This document shows, piece after piece, positions 41,744-56,220 of a stretch of DNA of 64,000 nucleotides. Within the stretch, counting starts at the first letter, position 1, and every line of letters begins with the position of its first letter. Source of the DNA: Octopus vulgaris (taxonomy: Eukaryota); assembly GCA_951406725.2 (NCBI GenBank), contig OX597822.1, positions 8,804,001-8,868,000 on the forward strand. The letters run 5' to 3'. The notes under the pieces were generated by a model. That model saw only the letters and a list, made by a program, of their open reading frames with translations. It was not told the origin of the DNA and did not search any database. The position numbers and the translations under genes were made by a program.

Positions 41744-41745
<2 letters not shown>

Positions 41746-42154
41746 TCTCTTTTACTCTCTTTTACTTGTTTCAGTCATTTGACTGCGGCCATGCTGGAGC
41801 ACCACCTTTAATCGAGAAACTCGACCCCGGGACTTATTCTTTGTAAGCCCAGTACTTATTCTATCGGTCTCTTTTGCCGAACCGCTAAATGACGGAGACA
41901 TAAACACACCAGCATCGGTTGTCAAGCAATGCTAGGAGGACAAACACAGACACACAAACATACACGCACATATATATATATACATATATACGACAGGCTT
42001 CTTTCAGTTTCCGTCTACCAAATCCACTCACAAGGCTTTGGCCGGCCCGAGGCTATAGTAGAAGACACCTGCACAAGGTGCCACGCAGTGGGACTGAACC
42101 CGGAACCATGTGGTTGGTAAGCAAGCTACTTACCACACACCCACTCCTGCGCCT
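41744..42154 (-). mobile_element. Full-length SINE type A
   Basis: Near-identical to the other copies. Confidence 0.92.
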
Positions 42155-42939
42155 ATATATATATATCAACAGATATATATATATATCAACATGGTGGATT
42201 GGAAAAAATTGGTATTATTATTCGAGTATTTTCAATTCTTATGCATACTTTACATAAATACAACACACATAAGAATTTAGAATACTTGAATGAGCAGAGG
42301 GTTTCGAGAGCGCACAGATTGGAGTTTGACATTATATTTCTGTGTGTTTATGTGTGTATGTGTGTAGGTATGTATGTACTATGTATGTATGTATGTATGT
42401 ATGTATGTGTGTATGTATGAATGAATGTATGTATGTATGTATGTATGTATGTGTGTATGTATGAATGTATGTATGTATGTATGTATGTATGTATGTATGT
42501 ATGTATGTGTGTATGTATGAATGTATGTATGTATGTATGTATGTATGTATGTATGTATGTATGTATGTGTGTATGTATGAATGTATGTATGTATGTATGC
42601 ATTGCTTAATACTTCTGTTGGGCAGTTTATTCAGTCAATGCTTGTCATTTTGCAACACATTGTGAGTAAAACAATGTGTGCCTTTTAAACACCCCAGAGC
42701 ATTTCATGAGTGGTATATCTAAATGAATAAGGTGTAATTATTTTAATTAAATTTCATAGAGAAATAAATCCACAAAAGTAACTGAACAGGCAGGAAAAAA
42801 TTTGATGGATGAGGACAACAAACCTTTGCCTGTGCGAATATTGCTCTCTAAACTAAAGAGATGGAATTCGTTAAATAAAGAGATACACACACAGACACAC
42901 ACACATGTATACATATTTATATACACTTATCACATTGTA

Positions 42940-43807
<868 letters not shown>

Positions 43808-43809
43808 AT

Positions 43810-43920
43810 TACAGCTGTCACTTGAATACAGTTCAGTTACTAGTGGATGCCGCATTCCTTACGGAAGCTAACATTGACGGTGCCTGTTTAGTACTAGACA
43901 TGGAGAGACACTTAAGCGGC
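43810..43920 (+). pseudogene. Degenerate 5S rRNA-like sequence (pseudogene or SINE3 head)
   Basis: cggaagctaa...gcctgtttagtactagacatggagagac aligns with 5S CGGAAGCTAAG...GCCTGGTTAGTACTTGGATGGGAGAC. Confidence 0.55.
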
Positions 43921-45595
43921 CACGCCGCACTTAACTCCACCTCTCAATGAAACATATATTGTTAGACAACTTGGCACACACAGACCTTCACTAACATCCA
44001 ACCGATAATTATATCATGTGAGAAGAATAGTGCAATATAAAAGGGCGTTAAATCTGGGAGGCTTTCATATCCTGGCCTTTATTATCGTCAGCCGAACACT
44101 CCAACTACAATAATACAATTTGAATTAACTACTTATGAAATAAAATAGCACACGTACACGCATATGCTCATCTACATTTGAATAAGTATATTTATTACAG
44201 AACAGTGAAAAACAGTGCGATAAAATACAAAGAATCATAAATGCCCCCACACACGTAAATATGTACAGATATATACATACATACATGCATACATACACAC
44301 ACGCGCTGCGCGCAAACATATATATGATTTTATGTATATGCGTCTATGTTTATTCTCCTCTCGACATATAATTATATAATTGTCTTTTAATAATGGAAAC
44401 GGTTTATTTATTCGCTATAAAGTATGGTTTATAAATTTTTAATAACTATATTAGAGACAACCTTTGATAAAATTTAACTTTTATTATAATCTAACACCAT
44501 TATAATATTAAACGAAACATTGAAAACCAGTAAATATTTAATTCTTTTACTTTTCATTAAATCAAATAACTTATATCTCTGTTTACAATCAATCTAGAGC
44601 ATTATTCGCTGATACTCATCGAAATGGTTGTTGCTTAATGTAGTTTATGAACTCATTCAAAAAATTGCCAACAATATGTTTCACTAGGTTCCAAAAACAC
44701 ATAAATTGTCCATGCAAAATTGAAATATGTAAATAGATATAGAACTGCAGCAACAAGTAAAAAACAATAACACTTAACTATATTGCTTTTCAGAAATATC
44801 TGGAAATATAGGCCATTTTGATAGTAATATTATTCAGATTTTTCGTGTCTTGTATCTATGTTTAACTACACTATTCTCTCACTGTTATATTCTAAAATAA
44901 CATTTTATTTCTAAATCGAATTTTTTGTGAGTTACATCCAAATTTTAACATTTTTCACTGCCTAGTTTGTTTGTTTTTTTTTTTTTTCAGAGAAATGGTG
45001 GTGGTGTCCGACAGATTAAGGTCTTAAACAGGCTTTGAATATTTAATGTTGAAACGTTAAATTAAATAGCATGAAGAAAAATTTGTGCTATCAAATTTGT
45101 TCTCCTACTTCACTCTTCCTCGAATATTTTCTTGAAAAAGGCACATTTTCACCAATGTAAAATGTGCTGGTTAATGAATTAATAACACTAAAAAAATTAT
45201 ACATTTGTGGTTTTCCTAGAGCAGGCAGATATTACAGGGAAGATAATCATAATATAAGACCTAAAATCACAAACTGAAATTGACTGGTCAAGAAATGGGG
45301 TGAGGAGAGAACAAAAAAGAATAAAGAGAAAATAAGGAAATAGCTATGTAAATAAATAAATAAATTATATACTCTAACTTACCTTTGTGTCTGTAGCGTT
45401 CTGTAACTCTTAATAGCTAGTGTCATCTTGTAATCATATCTATCGTAAATAAATCATATCTATCTATCTTGATTAAATACACGATGTGTATTTATTTAAG
45501 AAAGTAGCAATACATTAAGCTTGTAAATTTAAACGATACACATTGATTAAGGGATGGGGGAAATCAATGTCCTTTCATGTCTATATGAATATATT

Positions 45596-46430
45596 CGAGG
45601 ATCGGCTGAAATGTTAATAGGCTGACGAAGATACCTTCTTACAGTGTGAACAAATAAGGCTTATTTTTCAACATAGTCCTCCTTGCGGTCCACACACTTC
45701 TTCTATCAGCTTTGCAGTGCTTGATTCCCATTGATGAAGAAGTTTCCATCCTGTTGATAAAAGAAAGTCATTGACAGCAGATATGAATTCATCATCACTG
45801 CAGTATTGGATCCCAGTTATGTGGTTCTTCATCTCGCTGAAGAAAAACATCAGAAGCCAAATCAGGAGAATAGAGAGGGTGATCAACAAATTCAAACCCA
45901 CAGAAACAAAGGACTTGTGTGCTGGAGCAATGTTCTAATGAACCAAGACCCCTTCCGTCAGTTCTCCTGATAAACTTCAGTCTTGATAAACTCTCGTAAC
46001 CTCTTTAGTAACTTGACATAATATTCTCCTTTAATGGTGTGGCCTATTTCAATATAGTAAATAAACACTATACATCACTTTCCCTGCAGATGAGGGTGAC
46101 GATAGCTTTGGAGCAGGCAAAGAGGGATGTTTCCACTGCGTGGATTGTTTTTTAGTCTCAGCTTCAAATTGGTGAAGCCAACACTCCTTCTGACTTAGGA
46201 AACGTTAAATAAAACCAACCAACTGGGCTTGCCTCAAGCAAAGTCAGATTTTGCCGTGATGTGACATGCCTGGTGTGCTATTCATCAGGTGCCAGAAGAC
46301 GTGAAGCCCACAGAGCAGAAAACTTTGTCATTCCGAATTCATTGAGAAGAATATTCTCAACTCCCTCACAGGCTATGCTAATATCATTCGCTGTTTGATT
46401 TATAGTCAATCTCTTGTCATTCATTAGAAT
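45596..46430 (-). pseudogene. Degenerate mariner transposase with 3' TIR
   Basis: Minus: HPLYSPDLASD...SDDEFISAV...GDYVEK*-like end; TIR cgaggatcggctgaaatgtt. Confidence 0.85.
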
Positions 46431-46444
46431 CTAGTCAACACCAG

Positions 46445-46701
46445 TGTTATCCAAGGGAAAGACAACAGTGGATACAGCTTGGCACCTGTGACGTCGCAAC
46501 TCATTTCTACAGCTGAGTGAATTGGAGCAATGTGAAATAAAGTGTCTTGCTCAAGAATACAACACGCAGCTCGGTCTGGGATTCGAACTCACAACCTCTC
46601 GATCGTAAGCTCGATGCTCTAACCACTGAGCCATGCGCCTTCGAACTCACAACCTCTCGATCGTAAGCTCGATGCTCTAACCACTGAGCCATGCGCCTTC
46701 C

Positions 46702-46704
<3 letters not shown>
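46445..46704 (-). mobile_element. SINE type D, 5' part, with a duplicated head segment
   Basis: Matches 55510-55704; about 58-bp tandem duplication in 46583-46700. Confidence 0.88.
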
Positions 46705-46738
<34 letters not shown>

Positions 46739-46741
<3 letters not shown>

Positions 46742-46831
46742 GGCGCATGGCTCAGTGGTTGGAGCATCGAGCTTACGATCGAGAGTTTGTGAGTTCGAAT
46801 CCCAGACCGAGCTGCGTGTTGTATTCTTGAG
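46739..46831 (+). mobile_element. Inverted copy of the adjacent SINE head
   Basis: Reverse complement of 46550-46642, across a (TA)n tract. Confidence 0.88.
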
Positions 46832-46896
46832 TAAAGAATTATCTCCCCTAGCAATATATTTTTCCCCGAAGCAATATTTCGTTCTTAACTCTCAGC

Positions 46897-46920
46897 TTGA
46901 TGAGCAATGCGAAACAGGTC
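46897..46920 (+). ncRNA. Minimal hammerhead-like motif in Penelope pLTR (mirror copy at 47283-47306, minus)
   Basis: TTGATGA-GC AAT GC-GAAA-CAGG-TC. Confidence 0.55.
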
Positions 46921-46989
46921 CTTACCTCGATTATGTTGAAACAAATAAACATATATTGTACAAAACTGCATATTTGTATACTTATATAT

Positions 46990-47137
46990 ACAACGGGTTT
47001 CTTTCAGTTTTCCTCTACCAAATCTACTGCGAAGTATTTGGCTATTGTAGAAGACACTTGCCCAAGCTACGATATAGTGAGGCTAAGCGCGGAAACATGT
47101 ATTTGGAAAGCAAGCACCTTACCACACGGCCATGCCT
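46990..47137 (-). mobile_element. Diverged SINE type A, 5' half
   Basis: ctttcagttt...gtagaagacacttgcccaag...ttaccacacggcc. Confidence 0.75.
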
Positions 47138-47227
47138 ATATAAATATATATAGAGAAAAAGAAACGAAGAAAGACACAGAAGGTTTGTTTTACAGGATTT
47201 AAGAGTATATTATAGCCATGATAATAA

Positions 47228-48196
47228 AAATATGCAGTTTTGTACAATATATGTTTCTTTGTTTCAACATAATCGAAGTAAGGACCTGCTTCGCATTGCT
47301 CATCAAGCTGAGAGTTAAGAACGAAATATTGCTTCGGGGAAAAATATATTGCTAGGGGAGATAATTCTTTACTCATTTATTTTGCAGTAAAAGGGAGGTA
47401 AACTTGTAAGTTTTATTTCATTTTTTTGTTTTTTACATCTTACATTAGACAGGGTAAGTCCTCTATTTTCAATATGGGTTCATATTTATTCTGGCTTATA
47501 TTTTTGAATAAATCAGCCTTATATATTCAGTCCTGTATTGAGGTCCATAAGGCAAGTTGATAAAATGGGAATTGTGGTTGTAATCGTTCTGCACATTCGT
47601 GAATGTGTTGACTGAGTTACATTTAGCGATATTGTGGGCAGGACATTTGTTGTCTGTGGACCGTACATCTCTTTCGGATCGAATTTCCTGTTGAGCCAAT
47701 ATAGCTTCGATGGCAGCCCGAGCATTGGATTACCTAAATGATGTTTTGGGAGGTGCAAATAAAGTTAGATTTGATTTTAAATATTTGCCTTTGTCTGAAA
47801 AGCAAATTCCGATCCTTTCAACATATTGGGACTACACTTTATGACACTTGCGTCCGTTATGGTTACGTAGGATTTCCTTATATGTGGGGTCTCTGTGTAG
47901 TATTGGAAGCTTTTGGACGATGATATTGAATGCTTCTTAGTGTCTGGGGTTCTATGTGGAGATATAAGGTAATGCGTTGAGGATAGATAAGTTGTTGTGT
48001 TTGGCTTTTCTTACTGTTTTAATATTAATCGATTTTGCCCGGTTAAGTCCATCATTTATGAGTTGAGTTGGATAGTGCCCCTCCTGTAATACATATTTAA
48101 CCTGTTGGAAACTTAGTTCTCTGGTATTGGGGGGGGGGGAACTATGGCACTATGGCGAAAATCCTCTTTGCAACGTTGAAGAGGATATTTGTTTCG

Positions 48197-48197
<1 letters not shown>
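47228..48197 (-). mobile_element. 5'-truncated Penelope-like element: thumb, GIY-YIG endonuclease and pLTR
   Basis: Minus: [14 protein letters not shown]...FICTSQNII*VIQCSGCHRSYIGSTGNSIRKRCTVHRQQ...HIHEC; pLTR 47228-47375 with hammerhead. Confidence 0.88.
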
Positions 48198-48235
<38 letters not shown>

Positions 48236-48431
48236 GAGAGAGAGAGAGAAAGATGCATACATATACATATATATATATACATACATATGTATGTATGTAT
48301 TGATATACACATATATATTCATACCTACACTCAAGCGAACATATATATATATATATATCTATATTGATATATATATATATATATGTGTATATATATATAT
48401 ATATGTGTATATATATACATATATATATATG

Positions 48432-48481
<50 letters not shown>

Positions 48482-48487
<6 letters not shown>

Positions 48488-48733
48488 TAATGGTGTCGTT
48501 GAGACACTAAGGTGTCAGGTATTGCTGAATAATGCTATAGACAGACCATAGTTAAGATCCAGATTCGCTAATATTGCGAATAAAGGCTTCAACGTTGGTT
48601 CTATGTCAGCGTGTGTATATAAGAATTTTTTGCGTAATAAGATAAAAAACCAAGGCTGTATACATATTAGAGCATTTATAGATAGAACGTCTTACAGCTG
48701 TTTCTAGGATATTTATTAATAATATCCCTTCAT
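48482..48733 (-). mobile_element. pLTR-like fragment between (TA)n tracts with 5'-clipped hammerhead
   Basis: Minus: (A)TGAAG-GGATATT..AATATCC-TA-GAAA-CAGCTG-TA (palindromic ACAGCTGT stem III). Confidence 0.6.
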
Positions 48734-48974
48734 ATATATATATATGCTTGCATACATACATGTTCGTAAGTACGTGCGATGTTTCTTTATTCAGTTACTA
48801 TCAATTTAACCTCCATTTTGTCTTAAGTCATAAATATTAGAAACTGCGCACAAACCTGTTCGATCCATTCACCTTTGTCAAATGAACGTTTTCACTAAAA
48901 TTGAATAATCACCATCTAGAGTAATTAATCTAATTTATTACCGGTAGATGTAACGTTGTCCCATTAAATCTAAA

Positions 48975-49487
48975 TCTATATATATAAAACTGTAGTTGTG
49001 TGAGTGTCTGTCCCCTTCGATTTAGATTCCTAACTACTCACACATTTTGCGATGCAGTTTAACCAAATTCGGGTATCTTATAGTCGTGATTCATATCGAG
49101 CCCGTCTGAGTATTAGCGCGCGTCTACGATGAGTCCACGATTTTAAAAATAATTTAACATCATTTTTTATTCCATTTTAATGCATAATTTTTCGTGTGTC
49201 GATGGCGGCGGAGTTGGCGTCCATGGTCACACCTGCACCTGTTTGCTTCTCCCCCTTCTCCCCTCCCTCGTGAAGCTGTGGGGAAGGGAGTGTAAGGAAA
49301 TCAACGTCGTAAAGCGTTGTCAAGGAGACCAGCGTTCTTTTAGAACAACGACTTCATGGCTTGAAGATACCAAAACAGAAATGGCTAAGAAAGCCCGAAT
49401 TGGCATCTACAAGGGAAGTAACTCTCTAAAAATGCTTATATAGTTATTTCCCTTACAAACCCGAGCAACGCCGGGCGATACTGCTAG
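48975..49487 (+). mobile_element. Non-autonomous Helitron
   Basis: A|TCtatatatataaaa 5' end; cccgagcaacgccggg hairpin; CTAG|T at 49484-49487. Confidence 0.85.
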
Positions 49488-50639
49488 TAATAACTAAAAA
49501 GAAAATATCATTTTTGCTAAGCTACCTTTGCAGCGTTTATTTTGGGAATGATGAGTAACAATAAAGTTCATTGATTAGTTATCCGATGATTTAACACACT
49601 TAAAAATTTATATTAAATTACTGATGGAATCGGATTACTTAACTAAATTTGTATTAATTTCTCCCTCCAGTGTCTATGGTAATTCCTTAAACTAATTCAT
49701 ATAACGCATATTGGCGATTAACATTTAATGCACAAACATTCAGCGCATAGCCTCCCATTAAATCTTCCAATATTATATATGATAACTGAAATACCAGCTG
49801 TCCAAGTTCCCTATTACCTTTCCAAGTTCTTACTTCCCGGTTTGCTAAACGATAAAACCTTTAATTTAGATTTTATTCAAAAATGCACTTATAGACACCG
49901 TGAACTATCAAGAACTAATATAAATTCAATTTCAACTGACACATTATATAAGCACCACCTTCTTTTATACTCTTGTACGTCAAAAGGCAATTCCGATACC
50001 CATAACTTTGTCCTTACAATATCTGTACTAACTTTTAAGAGTATGTATATTGCTAAGCAGTATATAAACTCTTATTAAACACAGCTTTTCGACTTCCAAA
50101 TAAATAAATGACGGACATAGGCACTAAAGCTAACACACCGTTAATGTCGTAGCCTGATAGTTTCTCACGCGTATATATGGAATGTATATTTACCGCCGAG
50201 CTTGCTGAACAACAATCATATTCTAAAAGATACGTTTATATATGTTTATACGTCAAATACCTATCTATATTCCCCAGTATTTTAATTACTCCGTTATACA
50301 TGGAATTGTGTTTCTCTTTGGTCACATAGATCCTCTATTTAAAGAATTTCTAGAAAGCGCTAAATGAAACGTCTATAATCGTGTTTGTTCGCTGAAATAT
50401 CAAAAGCACAAGTGCATAAGATAGCAATTTTTATTTTCTGTTTCATTACAGAAATCATTTGTATATCGTATCCAGGTTCTCAATTACAGATATATATACA
50501 TCCATATATACACGTTCTCAATAACATATATATACACCCATATGAATATATGTTATTTCATGTTTTGTTTGTTTTGTTTTTGTTTTTGTTTTTCCAGTTT
50601 CAGCTCTTGAGCTGTGGCCATGCTGGGGCACCGCCATTG

Positions 50640-50822
50640 TGGTGAAAGAGTACAGCAGGGATCACCACCCCCTGCCGGAGCCTCGTAGAGCTTTCTTAGG
50701 TGTTTTCGCTCAATAAACACACACAACGCCCGGTCTGAGAATCGAAACCGCGATCCTGCGACCGCGAGTCCGCTGCCCTAACCACTAGGCCATTGCGCCT
50801 CTGTGTGGCCATTGCGCCTCTG
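50640..50822 (-). mobile_element. SINE type B, 5' half
   Basis: Matches 27082-27244. Confidence 0.88.
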
Positions 50823-51344
50823 TGTAAATATTTTACGTAAACAATTATTACTTAGTTGTTTTATATATTGCATTGTATCTTCCTTGATTTTTATAACATT
50901 TTTCTCTATTTGTTAAAGTTATCTCTACAGATTTTACATAGAAATTATAGCCAGCATGATTCTGTCACGACATTTCGTAACAGATACTCCTGATGTAAAC
51001 AACAATGAAATCGAAAATGAAAAATGGATAATAAGAATATATGTCACATTTCAGGTTTTCTCCTCCATCCTGAACTTAGTTTTAACAAGTAATTTAAAAC
51101 CACTGTTAACACAATAGAACACAGTATTGATATAGAAAAATGCTTAATATAATTCGTAGCCTATTATGGTTGCGTTACGAAATACGGTGGACCCGCAGGA
51201 CAGTGATGCTTTCTTCTTACAAGTCACGACTTAAAAGACAGTAATCTTTTAATCTTAAAAGTTACGGTGTTTTAACATCTTTTCTATTGGTTTTCTCGAT
51301 CAAGACACATCTTTATACTGATACTGAGAGTATTATTATCATCT

Positions 51345-51560
51345 TCAAGGTGCCGAACAAGTAGAATTGTAAGGAAATCGGACAAAAGGCTTTGAAGTAT
51401 TTCTCTCTTTACATTCTGAATTCAAATCCCTTAGCGAGCGAACTTTCGCTTTGTATTTCAGGGCAGGATAACTTAAGATGCAGTCATGTTCAGGGGTCGA
51501 TGGTATCGAACAAGCTCCTGCTCTCAAAAAAGCCTGGCATTGTATCTAAATTAGAATTAT
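51345..51560 (+). mobile_element. Diverged SINE type E
   Basis: ctgaattcaaatcc...aactttcgcttt...ggggtcgatg. Confidence 0.55.
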
Positions 51561-51796
51561 TCCTTTAAATCACTTTTAGACACCAGAAATGCTAAGAAAC
51601 ATCGATAAACACACCACCGCAGACATTCGAATAACACACACGTACGCAGAAATACAGTTCTCGATCACATGCGAAAAATATTGCAAACAATATCACAGTT
51701 GAGTGTATATATATATATATAAATATATATACATATATATATATGTATGTATGTATGTATGTAAGTATGTATGTATAAATGACTGTGTTTGAGTGA

Positions 51797-51840
<44 letters not shown>

Positions 51841-54800
51841 GTATGTATTATGGTTACCAGTTTTCAATATTCGAGAAAGAATATCTAATATATTCTGCTT
51901 CAAAATGGTTCTTCTGCAAGAAAGAAAATATATAAACCAGTCAAAATAAGTTATTGGCTATATTTCCATTTATTTAAAATATTTTGTTGTGCGTGTTTCT
52001 TCGGTTAAAACTATTTTTCAACCTTTTTTGCAATGCCTCGCTTTTTGGTTTTATTAATATATTTTATTAACAATCTCACAGTTGTAGTTTGTTTGCACTG
52101 TAGCGATAAAATTACATCTCAGACGCCATGAATAGAGCAAAAGTTTCTGCCAGTATTACAAATCTTCTAACGTAGTCCAACGTATTGTATTATATGTATA
52201 TATGTGTATGTGTGCTTGAATGTGTATGTATGTGCATGTTTATACATACATTCATTCATACATTCATACATATATTTGTGCATCTTTGTGTGTACAATAT
52301 GAATTCCAGTATTGTTTGTTTTCAAATATGAAAAAAATAAAAAAGAATGCAAGAAAGAAAGCTACCCAAGTACAAGAATAGATATGATATATCAAAGTGA
52401 CAGGGATGAGATCAGGTTTGTTGAATAACTATGTTGATTAAAATCTTTACTTCTTTACCGCTTGTCTACGTAATGCCTATACTGCCATTTATTGTGAAGG
52501 CGAGTAATTCATCCTTTAGATATTACGTTTACTCATGAATATTTATGAAAGAATTTTGGTGTTAGGTAACAGTTTTGTAATACATAAAATATGTGGAGCA
52601 GTCGCATTCAGTGACGTTTTTCGAACTTCTACATAGCTTGAATTATTTTATTAATAAGTTTGAGCTTAGTGACTATCACCCATAACACTATAGCAAACTA
52701 TGTATACTTAATAAGTAAAAATCATTTCATTAGAGTGATGGGAACGATATCCTATATTCTTGTTTAGCACAGGCACTTAACCTCAACATACTGCGAAATA
52801 CGTAGTCCTTTAAATATAGTACAAAATCCGTCAAATCAACTGCAGTACTGTTTTTCCTCTTTTATTTTAACTATACAGGAAGCATGAGTTGAAACTCGAA
52901 GATAAAGCACACTAATTAACGGAAGGCAATTTTAAGATTACTGTTAATTCCTCACCTTTCTAACCACAATATCTCCCATCTTTGTTCCGTTGCACTTCGT
53001 CTAGGTGGGTGTTCGTAAGAGAATAATGATTATAGGGATGGGAGTTACATAGATGGAAATTCATGAACAAGAGTAGATAGCGGAGAAGATGATTTATGAA
53101 AAGTTCTTGGTTATCTCAGATAAGATACAGTATGGGTGAAGAGAAAATGAAAAACAGATACATCGTGGAAGACTGAGCGGAAATATATATATATATTTCT
53201 TATAAGACGAAAGCAGAGACATTAATATAAGAATAAATGCAAAACAGCAATGGTAAACCAGTATATTGTTCTGAATTGTTTGTCAAGGGAATAGGTCTGT
53301 GAACCAGGTTCAAAGGCTGCATTGATAGATATTTGAGAATAAATTAGTAAATGGTCCTGAATTTGACAAATCAATTATAGAATATAATTAGGTCAAACGT
53401 CAGGTAAAACACATTACATTGTTCAAACTTCGATCAAATTAATGAAACAATTGCGTCTATTTGCGATTCCGCTTTCGTTGTTGCTTTTATAATGACATGC
53501 GATGTATCGTGATGCGCAAAAATAGACATAAATTGAAGTTGAGGGCATTGACTTAAGAATTTTCTATGGCGAATCTGTTGTAGAATTAGAAAACTTAGAA
53601 ATACAAAAGTTGAGGCTATTGTTACCGTATTAATTGTTTTTATATGAGGTAACAGACTAATTCATATAAAATTGAACTACAACCAATTGAACTCCTCTGT
53701 GTATAATAATGACAAAACGAGTATTCACAGTAAAATCGACGAGATGAAATGTGAATGCAGAGTGTAAAAAGAGTACGTTAGATTTAGGCAACTTGTCGGA
53801 TTATTTTCAAGAGGGGTAATGATTAAATATATAATTGTAATCAATTAACTCGTACACAAATTGTAGTAAAGCAATATATTCCATTTAAATAAATGCACTG
53901 TTAAATGTCATCTGAATTAAAATCACGATAATGAAGAACGAAATCTATAGACATTAACAATTATAAAAGCTTTAAGCGTCATCTTTCACGATCACTTTTG
54001 ATTGGATCAAATTCAGATTGTAGTATGCAGGGGCTGTAGTGGATTGAACAACCTCTGTATATTGCTGGTGCTAATTTTATAGATATAAAATGAACTGCAT
54101 TCTGGTTGGAACACAATTTAAAATGCAGTGTAGAAATAGCAAGCATTTTAACCTATGGAGTCAGAATATTTTTGATTCTAACAATAGCCGTGCAGACTTT
54201 TATCAGAATGTTCATATCTTCATTTCGTTTTATCCAAAATATCTAAACGCAGGAGGTTTTACCAAGGAATGCAGTGTCAAAAGTGCACAAGATAAAATAA
54301 TTTTAAAAATCAGATACAGATGTCAAAAACACGCTTAAGCAAAATTATCCCACATTTTCCTACGATGGATTAAATTTAGCGACCGAAATTTATTGCAATT
54401 TGATCGATTATGTAACCCGCTTCATAATAATAGATTAGAGAAAATATTCAATTTGATCCAAATATTTATAATTCTATAGTTCGACACGGCATATTAATGC
54501 AAATGTTCATTCTTACAACAAAAGATAAGTACCTACACCATCATCACGAACAACATTATTTGCCTTTAGTTAAATGTATATAATATTTTGTTTAATATAT
54601 GAATGTTACAGATTACGTCATATGTAAGCAAACATATGTTTGTTTTTTGAAGCGTTAAAATGTATTGCAGAACAAGTAGAAAGATAAATTTTTTTTCGAC
54701 ACGTAATTACTGGACAGTATATATATATAGATGATAAAATCCTTTTAAGAGCAGAAAAAATTGCTGGCAACCAATGAATGTTATATTTTGTTTTAACTAC

Positions 54801-55351
54801 GAAAATAAAAGACAACAAAATAGGGGAGTTTTAGATGTTCATTTTTTACCATACGACTGAGCACTAATCTTTTCTTATAATATATCTAAAGCGAAATACA
54901 TACGTATAGATGTGTGTGAGTATGTCATTGTACTCGTGCATAAATAAACAAAAATGAGCAAAGAGAAATAACTCAGGGTACTCAGTGGCATGTATTAGAC
55001 CAACATAGACGAATACAGAAATATAAAATATCTCATAGAATAACTTCTTGACCAATTAAAATTATCTTTGTTGTGTCTGGGGAGAGTCATTTTATCTCCT
55101 CCTCTAGAGAATATATCATGGTAAAAAATGGCAATTAGAAGTAGTTCCACATGCGAAAGGGACTTAACCTCAATAAATTCAAAAGTTGATTACTATTAAG
55201 GAATAAGGCTGTCTTATTACCTGGAGACAAAATGGTACCCGAGGACATGTGTTTCTGATTCAGTAGCCGTGATCAATACTGCCAACTACATCTGCAGAAA
55301 CAACTGCGCCTGAAACGTTTGAACAACGCAGTCATATACATCTTTGTTATT

Positions 55352-55704
55352 TGACCCCCTTCGGTCAGACACTGACCATGGATTTGCACCTAGAGAGTTA
55401 CCCTCTGAGGCACAAGTCTGGACAAGGTGGTTTTTTTTTTTTGTTTTTTTTATGGAAGACCAGCAGTCGCCCATGCATACCAGCCTCCCCTCTCCACGTC
55501 ACCAGTTTTATCCAAGGGAAAGGCAAGGGCCGATACAGCTTGGCACCTGTGACGTCACAACTCATTTCTACAGCTGAGTGAACTGGAGCAACGTGAAATA
55601 AAGTGTCTTGCTCAAGAACACAACACGCAGCCCGGTCCGGGATTCGAGCTCACAACCTCACGATCGTAAGCTCGACGCTCTAACCACTGAGCCACGCGCC
55701 TTCA
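55352..55704 (-). mobile_element. Full-length tRNA-derived SINE, type D
   Basis: Minus head ggcgcgtggctcagtggttagagcg...gagctcgaatcc; near-identical to 59941-60265. Confidence 0.92.
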
Positions 55705-55867
55705 CAAGCACATCAAATATTCCATTTCTAGCTGGGTTTGTCTGCATATTTAATGACGATAATCTCTGCTTTTTCCTCAACTTTTCGTATTGAAAATTTG
55801 AATTAATGGTCTGTTGGAGAGTTTTTATTAGAGATTGGTTAGAGTAGCATAATAGGTCCGCATTCTA

Positions 55868-56220
55868 CGTGGCTATGTAGTAGGTGGACCACTTCCTAAC
55901 CACATGATTTCGGGTTCAAAACTATTGCGCAGCACATTGGTCAAGTGTCTTCTACTATAGCTTCAGACTGACCAAATACTTATGAGTAAATTTCGTTGAC
56001 GGAAACTGAAAAAAGACTATCGTGTATATATGTGTGCATTTCCACTGCTTGACAACTAGTGTTGGTATGTTAACATCCCTGAAACTTAACGGTTCAGGAA
56101 AGAGACTGATAGATTAAGCACTAAGATTTAAGAATAAACCCTGGGGTCGATTTGCTCGACTCAATCCCTTCAAGGCGGTTCACCAGAATGGCCACAGTCA
56201 AATGACTAAAACAAGTAAAA
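55868..56220 (+). mobile_element. Diverged SINE type A
   Basis: Collinear head to tail with full copies. Confidence 0.85.

Noticed and set aside
46737-47376. Two ORFs sharing an identical peptide
   Set aside because: Consequence of the inverted pLTR duplication, not paralogous genes
51900-55040. Long non-repetitive AT-rich stretch with short ORFs
   Set aside because: No recognisable domain, splice pattern or structure
55625-55704. tRNA-like sequence (also at 25300-25376, 27170-27244, 46739-46810)
   Set aside because: SINE heads continuous with SINE bodies; no complete acceptor stem
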